Origin: a virus
Lineage: Duplodnaviria > Heunggongvirae > Uroviricota > Caudoviricetes
Reading direction: 5' to 3' (one strand)
IMG/VR virus record: IMGVR_UViG_3300046542_000616
DNA: 64,000 nt
Each line of letters starts with the position of its first letter. Position 1 is the stretch's first letter. Under the pieces are notes generated by a model. That model made no database searches, was not told the DNA's origin, and saw only the letters and a program-made list of their open reading frames with translations. This document shows, piece after piece, positions 45,863 through 54,020 of the stretch. The translations under genes were made by a program, and so were the position numbers.

Positions 45863-46783
45863 ATGACGGACAACCTGATTACTCTTACCAGCCAACTGGA
45901 TCAATCGGTGAACTTCATCACGCCGGCCAGCGGTGTAGGATTTTTTGAGGCCCGTCATGTGCGCCGCGACCCGGCACCGGGTCAGAAAGTGGATTACGTC
46001 ATTTTCTACCTGTCTTCCCAGTCCGGATGCGATCAGGCGTGCCGCTTTTGCCACCTTACGGCGACCGGGCAGAACAAGTTCGTCAATGCCGAGTACCAGG
46101 ATTTCATGGATCAGGCGGACACGTTCTTCGCCTTTTACGACAGCCATAAGCCAGCGCAGCTGGTGCATTTCAATTTCATGGCCCGTGGCGAAGCGCTCAA
46201 CAATCCGCTGATCCTTCAAGACAGCGCCAAGCTGCTCAACGGCCTCAAGGCTTACACCGACCAGCGTGGCCTGGACAGCAAGTTTTTGATCTCGACGATC
46301 ATGCCCGCCGAAATGGGCGCAGCCAAACTCACGGAGATCTTCCCTGAGGTGCATCCGGAGATTTACTACTCGCTGTACAGCATGAGCCCGAAATTCCGTA
46401 AGCGCTGGTTGCCTCGGGCCCACACCGCCGAGCATGGCCTGGATCTGCTCAAAGAGTGGCAAGACAGCACCGGCAAGGTGCCAAAGATTCACTTCGCCTT
46501 CATCGAAGGGCAGAACGACAGTGAAGACGACATGTTGGCGATGGCCGCTGCCATTAACGAGCGTGAGCTGAAAGTGAACCTCAACATCGTTCGCTACAAC
46601 CCGCATTCCGAGCGCCATGGCCGCGAGCCGCAAGAATGTGTGATTCAGCGCAACACCGACCTGCTGGCCGGCTTGATCAATGCCGAACAGGTCAGGATCG
46701 TGCCGAAAGTCGGGTTCGACGTGAAGGCCAGCTGCGGCATGTTCGTCGACAAGGATCACCTGATCGTCAAGGCCGGCGCATGA
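45863..46783 (+). CDS. RlmN/Cfr-like radical SAM protein
   Basis: LSSQSGCDQACRFCH (CxxxCxxC), FMARGEAL (cf. MGMGEPL), YSLYS, LNIVRYNP, DVKASCGM (cf. DIDAACGQL). Confidence 0.85.
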   Translation: MTDNLITLTSQLDQSVNFITPASGVGFFEARHVRRDPAPGQKVDYVIFYLSSQSGCDQACRFCHLTATGQNKFVNAEYQDFMDQADTFFAFYDSHKPAQLVHFNFMARGEALNNPLILQDSAKLLNGLKAYTDQRGLDSKFLISTIMPAEMGAAKLTEIFPEVHPEIYYSLYSMSPKFRKRWLPRAHTAEHGLDLLKEWQDSTGKVPKIHFAFIEGQNDSEDDMLAMAAAINERELKVNLNIVRYNPHSERHGREPQECVIQRNTDLLAGLINAEQVRIVPKVGFDVKASCGMFVDKDHLIVKAGA

Positions 46784-46977
46784 ACCTCACCAAAAAGCCG
46801 TCGCGCAAAGATCTCCTCAAGGTCATTGCTGAGTTGCAGCAATTGGTGGGCTCTGCCCATGGCCTGCATGCCAATGACCGCAACCCGATGGGTTTTGAGG
46901 AAGGCCAAAAGAAATTGGAGGCCGCCCATGAGCTGTGCATCCAGGCCAGGTCTTTCGATCCACCAACCGATCAGTAA
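46780..46977 (+). CDS. hypothetical protein (65 aa)
   Basis: ATGA overlap with the radical SAM stop; MNLTKKPSRKDLLKVIAELQ. Confidence 0.6.
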   Translation: MNLTKKPSRKDLLKVIAELQQLVGSAHGLHANDRNPMGFEEGQKKLEAAHELCIQARSFDPPTDQ

Positions 46978-47025
46978 ATGCTGACGGCCTTGGCCGTCAA
47001 CACCACTATTTTCGAGATCTTTTTA

Positions 47026-47586
47026 ATGTCCGAATCTGACATAAAGTGCCAATTCAGTGGCGAGTACCCTGAATTCTGGTGGTTCCGTCATCTGCGTAAT
47101 ATGTTGCCGATCCTTCCCCAGTACCGCTGGTTGTTCAAAGGCGCTCAGGCCGAGCTGGTATTCACCCAGTGCGAGGTGGAGGAGTGCGGCTATTTCAGTG
47201 ATGGCAGTACTTACACGAACCTGGACGACGTTTGGGAGCTGGCCTGGAAGTTTAAGGGCGATGTCGACGCCTGGTGGGCAAGCCAGGAGGCGAAAGGCTA
47301 CTTCCTGCGTCTTCGCTACACCTACGAGCTGCGCGCTCCCGATCCGATGCTGGAAGGCGTTGTCGGCGGTGTATACACCCGCACATCGACCCAAAAGAGC
47401 GATGTCATCCGCCGTATCAGGCGCATGATCGGGCCCGGCCTGGTCGTCCGTAACGAATGCTCAACCAGCCGTTCTGAGATCATGAAAGCCTGGAAGCGGC
47501 ACAAATACGAAGGCGCCAAGCAGGCGGCCATCGAATACTGGGAGCGCAAGGCTCGCCAGCAAGCCAAATCCGCCCCAGAAGCTTAA
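47026..47586 (+). CDS. hypothetical protein (paralogue G1)
   Basis: Shares AELVFT, DVDAWWA, YELR..DP.L.G.V.GVY and VIRRI.RM.G..LV.RNEC.TSR with G2. Confidence 0.75.
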   Translation: MSESDIKCQFSGEYPEFWWFRHLRNMLPILPQYRWLFKGAQAELVFTQCEVEECGYFSDGSTYTNLDDVWELAWKFKGDVDAWWASQEAKGYFLRLRYTYELRAPDPMLEGVVGGVYTRTSTQKSDVIRRIRRMIGPGLVVRNECSTSRSEIMKAWKRHKYEGAKQAAIEYWERKARQQAKSAPEA

Positions 47587-47680
47587 GCACCAAGGCCCCT
47601 TAAATGCGGGTCTTGTTGTATATTGCATTCAGTATTGTATTGAGATACTGTAATAAAACTATTCATGACGAGTAAAAGAA

Positions 47681-48214
47681 ATGCCCGGAATCGAGAAAAT
47701 CTGTGAACTGAGCGGTGAAGATGGCAGCTACGATATGTATAGCTTAAAGCGTAGCCACATCCAGATCATGCCGGAGCATCGTCACCGTTTTCGCGGCGTT
47801 GAAGCAGAGCTGGTATTCACCAGCATTGAGCCCAAGATTTGCTTCAAAGTGGGTAGCAGCTTGTACAGCACGTTTCCTTGTATGTGGGGCCTCATTGAGG
47901 ACTTCAAGTGTGACGTCGATGCCTGGTGGGCAGATCAGCAGTACTATGATGATCGCTTTCTTCGCTTCGAATATCAGTACGAACTGCGTGTGAGTGATCC
48001 GGCGCTGCAGGGCCGCGTCGATGGCGTTTACAAGAACTGGTCAACGGACAAAGGCGCAGTGATTCGCCGGATCAAGCGCATGGTCGGAAAAAATCTGGTG
48101 ATTCGTAACGAATGCCCAACCAGCCGTGCGGTCATGTACAAGCAGTGGAAAGCTGGATTGCTGGTGGAGGCCAAAGATCTGATTCAGGTTTGGGCCGAGA
48201 GGGATGCGAAATGA
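47681..48214 (+). CDS. hypothetical protein (paralogue G2)
   Basis: Same shared motifs as G1. Confidence 0.75.
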   Translation: MPGIEKICELSGEDGSYDMYSLKRSHIQIMPEHRHRFRGVEAELVFTSIEPKICFKVGSSLYSTFPCMWGLIEDFKCDVDAWWADQQYYDDRFLRFEYQYELRVSDPALQGRVDGVYKNWSTDKGAVIRRIKRMVGKNLVIRNECPTSRAVMYKQWKAGLLVEAKDLIQVWAERDAK

Positions 48215-48564
48215 GGGGCCTGGCGGGTTTGATGCTGACGCTGATCGTCTCGGGTTGTGTAAGCCCAGTGCATCAAGTGTTTACCAAGGAGACCACGTTG
48301 GTGGTCATGGAGCCGATCTCGCTGACAGACAGTAAGGAAGGCAGTCCTGTGCGTTTTCGTGAGGTCGATGGCAGTTGTCAATATTTAGGGAAAATCGGCA
48401 CTGATAACAAGGCGATCTGGTGGGCCGACATCGACACCGAGTTTTGTTATCCGGAATCACGTAACCCCGGCACACGCTCCGTCAGTGTCGTGATCTCGCT
48501 GGGCAAACTCACCAGTGACGTTGAGCGAAATTCGTCAATCAACGTCCGTTACAACCAGCTCTGA
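48211..48564 (+). CDS. lipoprotein
   Basis: MRGLAGLMLTLIVSG-C lipobox; ATGA overlap with the G2 stop. Confidence 0.65.
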   Translation: MRGLAGLMLTLIVSGCVSPVHQVFTKETTLVVMEPISLTDSKEGSPVRFREVDGSCQYLGKIGTDNKAIWWADIDTEFCYPESRNPGTRSVSVVISLGKLTSDVERNSSINVRYNQL

Positions 48565-48741
48565 TTCACTCAGGGCCTGGAAAGCAAAAAGCTCGTTGCG
48601 ATTGAGATCTGAACCTCAATAGCAACGAGCTCTTGCTGTTTGGCGACCCGATAATTCTATCGCCGATAAGGCAATACTTGCAATATTGCCAGATATGGGT
48701 ATTCTTATCGTATACCCGTAATCACCCATGAAGGATGATCC

Positions 48742-49302
48742 ATGATCAGCATTCACACGAAGTGCCCTGTCGTCGACGTGACCAGCGAAGCGTTCATCGA
48801 AATCATCCCTGTTGGCGGCGAGCGTCAGGAGATGAAATTCACCCGAGAGGTTTCCTGGATTCAGGAGTCCTCAACTGAGCTTCTGTACGTCCATGGCAAC
48901 CAGGTCATCAAGACCGGCCCGGAATACAGTGACTACTGTGGTTATTTGGATTCCATTAAGCTGGAAAACATTGATGCCTATGCAGAGCAATACGGCATCA
49001 CGGATCAAAGCACCCTGATCCTGATCGCCAAGACCAAGATCATCAAACGCCCTGTGCTCGAGACTGAAGAAAACAAGGCCGAAAACCTGAGTCGAAGGGA
49101 AAAGGGAACCTCAACGTTGGTTTTCACCCCAATTCCAGACACCTGGATGCAAATCAGCGGTTTCGAGGGCGATATCCCAGTGTACGACAAAGGTCACGAA
49201 CTGAACGTCGTGTTAACCTACCAGGACATCTGGTCGAGCAAAAACAGCGAGGCTCAGAACCAGCAGCTCATGAACGACTTCAAAAACCAGTGGGCTCGCT
49301 GA
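48742..49302 (+). CDS. hypothetical protein (186 aa)
   Basis: ORF track; AAGGA SD. Confidence 0.7.
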   Translation: MISIHTKCPVVDVTSEAFIEIIPVGGERQEMKFTREVSWIQESSTELLYVHGNQVIKTGPEYSDYCGYLDSIKLENIDAYAEQYGITDQSTLILIAKTKIIKRPVLETEENKAENLSRREKGTSTLVFTPIPDTWMQISGFEGDIPVYDKGHELNVVLTYQDIWSSKNSEAQNQQLMNDFKNQWAR

Positions 49303-49346
49303 TCAGGATAATGGTTTCTCGAAACAAGTTTTAAGGGGAATGTAAC

Positions 49347-49613
49347 GTGTCGGAAAAACAGAAATCAGGCCTCGCCTTTATCTTAATTGCAGTGGTTTCG
49401 TATGCGATTGGAACTTGGTTACTCATGGACGTCACCCAACAACTTGAGTTGGTCATCAAGTCCCTGCCAGCAGACGACCATTCAGTAATCATTCTGAAGT
49501 CGGCATTGACTCAATGTGGTTATGGGCGGTTGGTTCTCACTGTGCTCGGTAGCGTTCTGTTTGGCGTGGGATATGTGTATTACCAGTCTGGAAAAAAGGC
49601 CGACAAAGGCTAA
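49347..49613 (+). CDS. two-TM membrane protein
   Basis: ORF track; two hydrophobic helices. Confidence 0.65.
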   Translation: MSEKQKSGLAFILIAVVSYAIGTWLLMDVTQQLELVIKSLPADDHSVIILKSALTQCGYGRLVLTVLGSVLFGVGYVYYQSGKKADKG

Positions 49614-49632
49614 TTGTTGGCACGAGTAGAAG

Positions 49633-49654
49633 AGGGCGCCCATGCGCCCTTTTT
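49633..49654 (+). terminator. intrinsic terminator
   Basis: AGGGCGC-CCAT-GCGCCCT followed by TTTT. Confidence 0.65.
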
Positions 49655-50081
49655 ATATGCACTCGCGAATTCGTCGCGCCTCACGTTTCATATGCGAAAC
49701 ACTGTTTTAGAAGCGAAACGACCTTTGGTTTGGGGCCAAAAAAAAGCCAAATCTCGCAACCCCCACTGACTTCTCCTGGCTGGCGCCATTTCAACCATGC
49801 GCCATCATTGAGCCATTCAAAAAGCCTCACTCATTACATAACCCGGCAAATGTGGACAGATTCAGGGTGTCCTGCCGCTGAAATCAAAAACGCTCCCCGA
49901 CGATGGCCTGGCTGCAGAGGTTGCCAAGGTGAGTGAAGATCCTGAGCTCCCCTCCGTACTGATCACTCGCTTTTGCTCTTGGCTCTGCACGAATCTGGTT
50001 TAAGTTTTAACTTTAAAACTTTCCGTTTCCCTTTGTCCTGGTCTACAGGCCGCGTCATTCATGGGCTCCAGGTTCTTAATG

Positions 50082-50260
50082 TGGACAGATACAGGGTGTT
50101 TTGTGGACGTATTCTGGGGTCGGCGCTGGACAGCTGTGCGACGGGATCTGGACGGCCCTGCGACAGGATCTGGACATATAGAAGGTGCATATCTGGACAG
50201 ATTTAGGGTGGATAACTCTGAATGCCTAGACATCTGTGCGACTTGATGTGGACATATTCA
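50082..50260 (+). repeat. iteron array 1 (22-bp period, TGGACA core) with an embedded DnaA-like box
   Basis: Cores at 50082, 50104, 50127, 50149, 50171, 50194, 50227 and 50249; GGTGGATAA at about 50207-50215. Confidence 0.8.
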
Positions 50261-50523
50261 GGTAGATCAATCGCTTAAGGGCAAATGCTAGCGAGTTACT
50301 TGCGATATGACAGTGACCTCGGACAAATGCTAGTGACGTGTGCCTCACGGGTTGGCCAAGCTTGAAACTGGAAAGAGATCTGCGCCGCCCCACCACCCTG
50401 GTCAACCTGCTTTGGCTTTTAGCTGTGACGCGAAGCGTGATTTGGTTTCGATTTCATCTTTAAAAGCTTTCCATTTACGCTGCCTTGCAGGCCACGGAAT
50501 ACAAGGGCTCTAGGGTTTTGATA

Positions 50524-50680
50524 TGGACGGCTGTGCGATGTTTGGTGGACATCTGTGCGAGGCGCTCTGGACGCTTGTGCGACTCAAGGTGGACAGATGC
50601 CTGCCCTCAATATGGACAGATGCCGTGTGGATAACTCAAAACCCATGGACGGCTGTGCGATTTGTTCTGGACAGATACCG
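50524..50680 (+). repeat. iteron array 2 (22-bp period) with an embedded DnaA box
   Basis: Cores at 50524, 50546, 50568, 50590, 50613, 50646 and 50668; TGTGGATAA at 50626-50634. Confidence 0.8.
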
Positions 50681-50714
50681 GAACTGTGGGCGCTGAGTGC
50701 CTGATTTTAGGTCA

Positions 50715-51420
50715 AATGTGGACAGATTGAGGGTGTCCGAGGCGTTGCGTGGTCAAAAACAGTGCAAATCTGGACAGATTCCAGGAGTGCTGGTGGGCGC
50801 AAGGGCCTGGTTTGTGGGGGTTGAGGCCAAATGTGGACAGATTCCAGGTGTCTTCCTCGGCTCAGGAAGCTCATATTGACCCCACCTGAGCCGGCTTAAG
50901 CCCCGTATTTACGGGTCGCTAGGGCAAATGTGGACAGATTAAAGACTCATCGGTCGCGTTGTAGTCATCTCTGCTCCACCCAGGAGAATCTCATTAAAAA
51001 CAGGTGGTTAGGCGTTGTTTTTGAAGTTTTGGGTGCGCAGTTTGTTCAAAAAACAGGCAAACATGGACAGATTCCAGCCCTTTGCCAGGCCAAATGTGGA
51101 CAGATTGCAGGCCACAGATCGGCTGGTTGGCTAAAAAATGCGCAAAGATGGACAGATTCAGGACGCCTCTACGTGCAGTTGCCTACTAATCTGGACAGAT
51201 TCCGGTAGTTAACCGATTCTGCTGATGACCTCGGCCAGTAAATACGGGGCTCCGGCCTTTTTCGCGTGAATACGGGCTACCAAAACTCAGCCATCACCCG
51301 GTTTTCGCCAAATGTGGACAGATTGCAGGACTCCATTCATCAGTTCATCGCGTCCCAATAGCCCTCTGCACCAGCGTTTTGGTTAAAAATCGTACAAACA
51401 TGGACATTTTATGCGACCCT
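50715..51420 (+). repeat. dispersed AAATSTGGACAGATT sites upstream of rep
   Basis: Cores at 50719, 50771, 50834, 50931, 51064, 51097, 51149, 51192, 51315 and 51401 (also 49853). Confidence 0.75.
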
Positions 51421-51525
51421 TTTGTCGGTTTCCCCGTGACATGAGCTAAAACGAGTGCCTGACCATGATTCTTTCGCCTACGATGCCCAGAATCAGAACG
51501 GACACACGTTGCAAGGAATACCCGC

Positions 51526-52437
51526 ATGAGCGACTTACGCGACCTCCAGGTTTACAAATCAAATGAGTTGATGTCGGCCAGCTACAAGCTGAGCGTGGCT
51601 GAAAACCGGGTGATTTTGACCTGTATCGCGAAGATTAACCGCAACCCCGAGGCCAAGGTCACCGACCAGATCATGTACAACGTGACGGCCAGGGAATTTG
51701 CCGAGCTGTGCGGTATCACCATGAAGGTGGCCTATGCCGAGCTCAAGCAGGCGGTGGAAGCACTCTATGATCGAAAAGTAGTGTTCAGCATGTCGGATCG
51801 CAAGCGTAATACGCGTCTGGTACAGACCGCCGACTACCTCAAGAACGAGGGTCGCATCGAGCTGCGTTTCGGTACAGACATCCTGCCTTACCTGGTGGCC
51901 ATCCAGACCAGCTACACCAAATACAACCTGAAGGCGGTTGTTCGCCTGTCGACTTATAACTCAGTGCGGCTCTATGAATTGATCGTCCAAAGTCGCTTTA
52001 CTGGCAGATCCACGGTCTTGCTGCCGCTGGACGTGATACGTTTTGCGATGGGCATTCCGGATGATCAGTACCCAGCCTATGCGGACTTCCGTAAGCGAGT
52101 GATTGAGCAGGCCATCAAGGAGGTCAATCGCGCCAGCGACATCCATGTCCTGTCTTTCCGCCCCAAGCGAGACGGCAAGCGGATTGCGGCGATTGAGCTG
52201 ACCTACGAAGAGAGGCCTAACTTCGGCATGGATCAGGTGCAAGAAGACCTGCTGCTGAACGATGCCGAGACCCCGCCAAAGCCCAAGGCGCCGGCCAAGT
52301 CTCGCGCTGCTTCCAAACGCACCCCGGCCATCACCGAGGAAGAGATCATTGCCCAGGCGAGACCCGGTGAAAGCCGCGAGCAAGTGATCGCTCGAATCAA
52401 AGCTCAGTGGCGAGTAATCGAAGCTGAAGTGGCCTGA
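51526..52437 (+). CDS. repA: Rep_3 (RepB/RepA initiator) family replication protein
   Basis: VYKSNELMSASYKLSVAENRVIL...VTAREFAELCG...AYAELKQA...L...F...ILPYL...YTKY.L...LS...SVRLYEL...Y.DFRKRVIEQAIKEVN. Confidence 0.92.
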   Translation: MSDLRDLQVYKSNELMSASYKLSVAENRVILTCIAKINRNPEAKVTDQIMYNVTAREFAELCGITMKVAYAELKQAVEALYDRKVVFSMSDRKRNTRLVQTADYLKNEGRIELRFGTDILPYLVAIQTSYTKYNLKAVVRLSTYNSVRLYELIVQSRFTGRSTVLLPLDVIRFAMGIPDDQYPAYADFRKRVIEQAIKEVNRASDIHVLSFRPKRDGKRIAAIELTYEERPNFGMDQVQEDLLLNDAETPPKPKAPAKSRAASKRTPAITEEEIIAQARPGESREQVIARIKAQWRVIEAEVA

Positions 52438-52453
52438 TCAAAGCTGATTCAAA

Positions 52454-52480
52454 AAAAATCCCGCCAAGTGCGGGATTTTT
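52454..52480 (+). terminator. intrinsic (bidirectional) terminator after rep
   Basis: AAAAATCCCGC-CAAGT-GCGGGATTTTT. Confidence 0.75.
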
Positions 52481-52577
52481 CGTTTTGCAAACCCTGATTC
52501 ACATATGTCGAAGAGCATATTTATGCTGAATATTATCGAATAAACATTATATCTTTTCCAATTATAGTGTACTATTA

Positions 52578-53609
52578 TTGATTGACTTTTTCGCATTGCT
52601 TCGTTTCTGGTATTCAACTTTGACTTTAGATATTGCCGTCCTACTCGTGGCGGCTCTTGTGTATGTATCATTTTCTGCTTTGCTCACTTGTATAGATAGT
52701 TCGGTGATGATGGCCGACGAAATTAGATTGGCCATCATGCTCGACATGCCACACATCAAGGAAAAGACGCGCAGGCGTTTGATCCGGATTGTGGCCAAGC
52801 GTGATCAGCACATGGCAGCAATGATGGTGTTTTCAGCAATCATCTTTGGATTGAGCAACTCCATGCTCGGTGCAATGGCCTATGGCAAGATGACTGGCCC
52901 CTGGGTCATGGTCTTTCTCATGGGCTTGATGTATTGCAACCTGGTATTTGGCCGCACGCTGCCAAAGCTGTTTGCGCGGGCGCATTATGACAAGGTGCTG
53001 ATGCACTTTGACTGGATGGCGCGGATCATCTACGTGATCATGACGCCGTTGGTGTACCTGACCCTGATGTGGGTCGACCTGTTCCACATGAACAACAAGC
53101 GCACCATGACGCTGTCCGAGCTCAAGAGCACGATCAACTACTACCGTAAGGAAGGCCTGATCGAAACCACTGAGTCCGACATGCTGCAGAACGTGTTCAG
53201 GATCAAGAAGTACACCCTTAGCGACCTGGTCACCGTGTGCAAGATGCCGGTGGTTGAGCGTGATTCGGACATTGAAGGATGCCGCGAGCTGGCGTCCAAG
53301 TATTTTGGCAAGCAGGTGTTGGTCAAGGCCGAAGGCGAGATCATCGGTGTGATGTACTACCATGACATGGCGGCCAGGTTGATTTCTGGCGAGGGTGGCA
53401 AGGTGTCTGAAGTTACCCGTGCGGTGATCGTGGGCGGTGTGCAGGACAACCTTATGGATATATTGTCACGGATGAAAGAGGAGAAGGTGTCCAAGGTGGT
53501 AGTCGTCTCCGAAGAGGGGAAACCACTAGATGTAGTGTCTGCAAAGAGCATTTACACCCACATTTTGACATCGCGCACCGAGTCGCCGTCGCCGAAAGTC
53601 TACAGCTGA
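52578..53609 (+). CDS. CNNM/DUF21 plus CBS-domain membrane protein (CorC/HlyC-like)
   Basis: N-terminal TM bundle, GRTLPKLFA, IYVIMTPLVYL, ELK...EGLIE..E..ML..VF, C-terminal CBS pair. Confidence 0.8.
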   Translation: MIDFFALLRFWYSTLTLDIAVLLVAALVYVSFSALLTCIDSSVMMADEIRLAIMLDMPHIKEKTRRRLIRIVAKRDQHMAAMMVFSAIIFGLSNSMLGAMAYGKMTGPWVMVFLMGLMYCNLVFGRTLPKLFARAHYDKVLMHFDWMARIIYVIMTPLVYLTLMWVDLFHMNNKRTMTLSELKSTINYYRKEGLIETTESDMLQNVFRIKKYTLSDLVTVCKMPVVERDSDIEGCRELASKYFGKQVLVKAEGEIIGVMYYHDMAARLISGEGGKVSEVTRAVIVGGVQDNLMDILSRMKEEKVSKVVVVSEEGKPLDVVSAKSIYTHILTSRTESPSPKVYS

Positions 53610-53624
53610 CCGATCAACAGCAAC

Positions 53625-53663
53625 AAAAAAGCCACAGACCCAATCAGGTGCTGTGGCTTTTTT
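53625..53663. terminator. bidirectional terminator between convergent genes
   Basis: AAAAAAGCCACAG...CTGTGGCTTTTTT. Confidence 0.7.
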
Positions 53664-53678
53664 GTGGGCGCCTGGCAC

Positions 53679-53870
53679 TTAAAGCGATGTGTTTTGCCAG
53701 TCGGCGTCGTTGGCCATTTCAGTCAGGTGACGCGCCAGGTTGCGCGCCTCATCGGAGGTCATGTAGTTCGGCTTGGCCAAACCCTGAGCAACCAGAACGA
53801 CTGAGCCCAGGCCATCGGTGTTTACGGAGAAGGATTCTTTTTCAGCAAAGCGGTTAGTGTCAGTCATCAT
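53679..53870 (-). CDS. hypothetical protein (63 aa)
   Basis: ORF track. Confidence 0.5.
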   Translation of the reverse strand: MMTDTNRFAEKESFSVNTDGLGSVVLVAQGLAKPNYMTSDEARNLARHLTEMANDADWQNTSL

Positions 53871-54020
53871 GTCTTCGTCAATATAAGTGTAATGCTGACC
53901 GTAAACCTGTTTTTTTTCCGTAACCCTGAGAGGGTTACGGAAAACCGAAGTGTTTACGCAACAGCAACAGCTACAGTGGAAAAGAGGGCTGTGAACACAC
54001 AGCCCACCGGTTTTTACGGC

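Noticed and set aside
45863-46783. cfr antibiotic resistance gene
   Set aside because: Too divergent and lacking the conserved resolving Cys; only RlmN/Cfr-like is supportable.
50082-50680. CRISPR array
   Set aside because: The 22-bp period leaves no room for spacers; position beside a Rep_3 gene and DnaA boxes fits iterons.
49730-51527. Short ORFs within the Rep_3 origin region
   Set aside because: They are translations of the TGGACAGAT repeats (recurring WTDS, GQIP).
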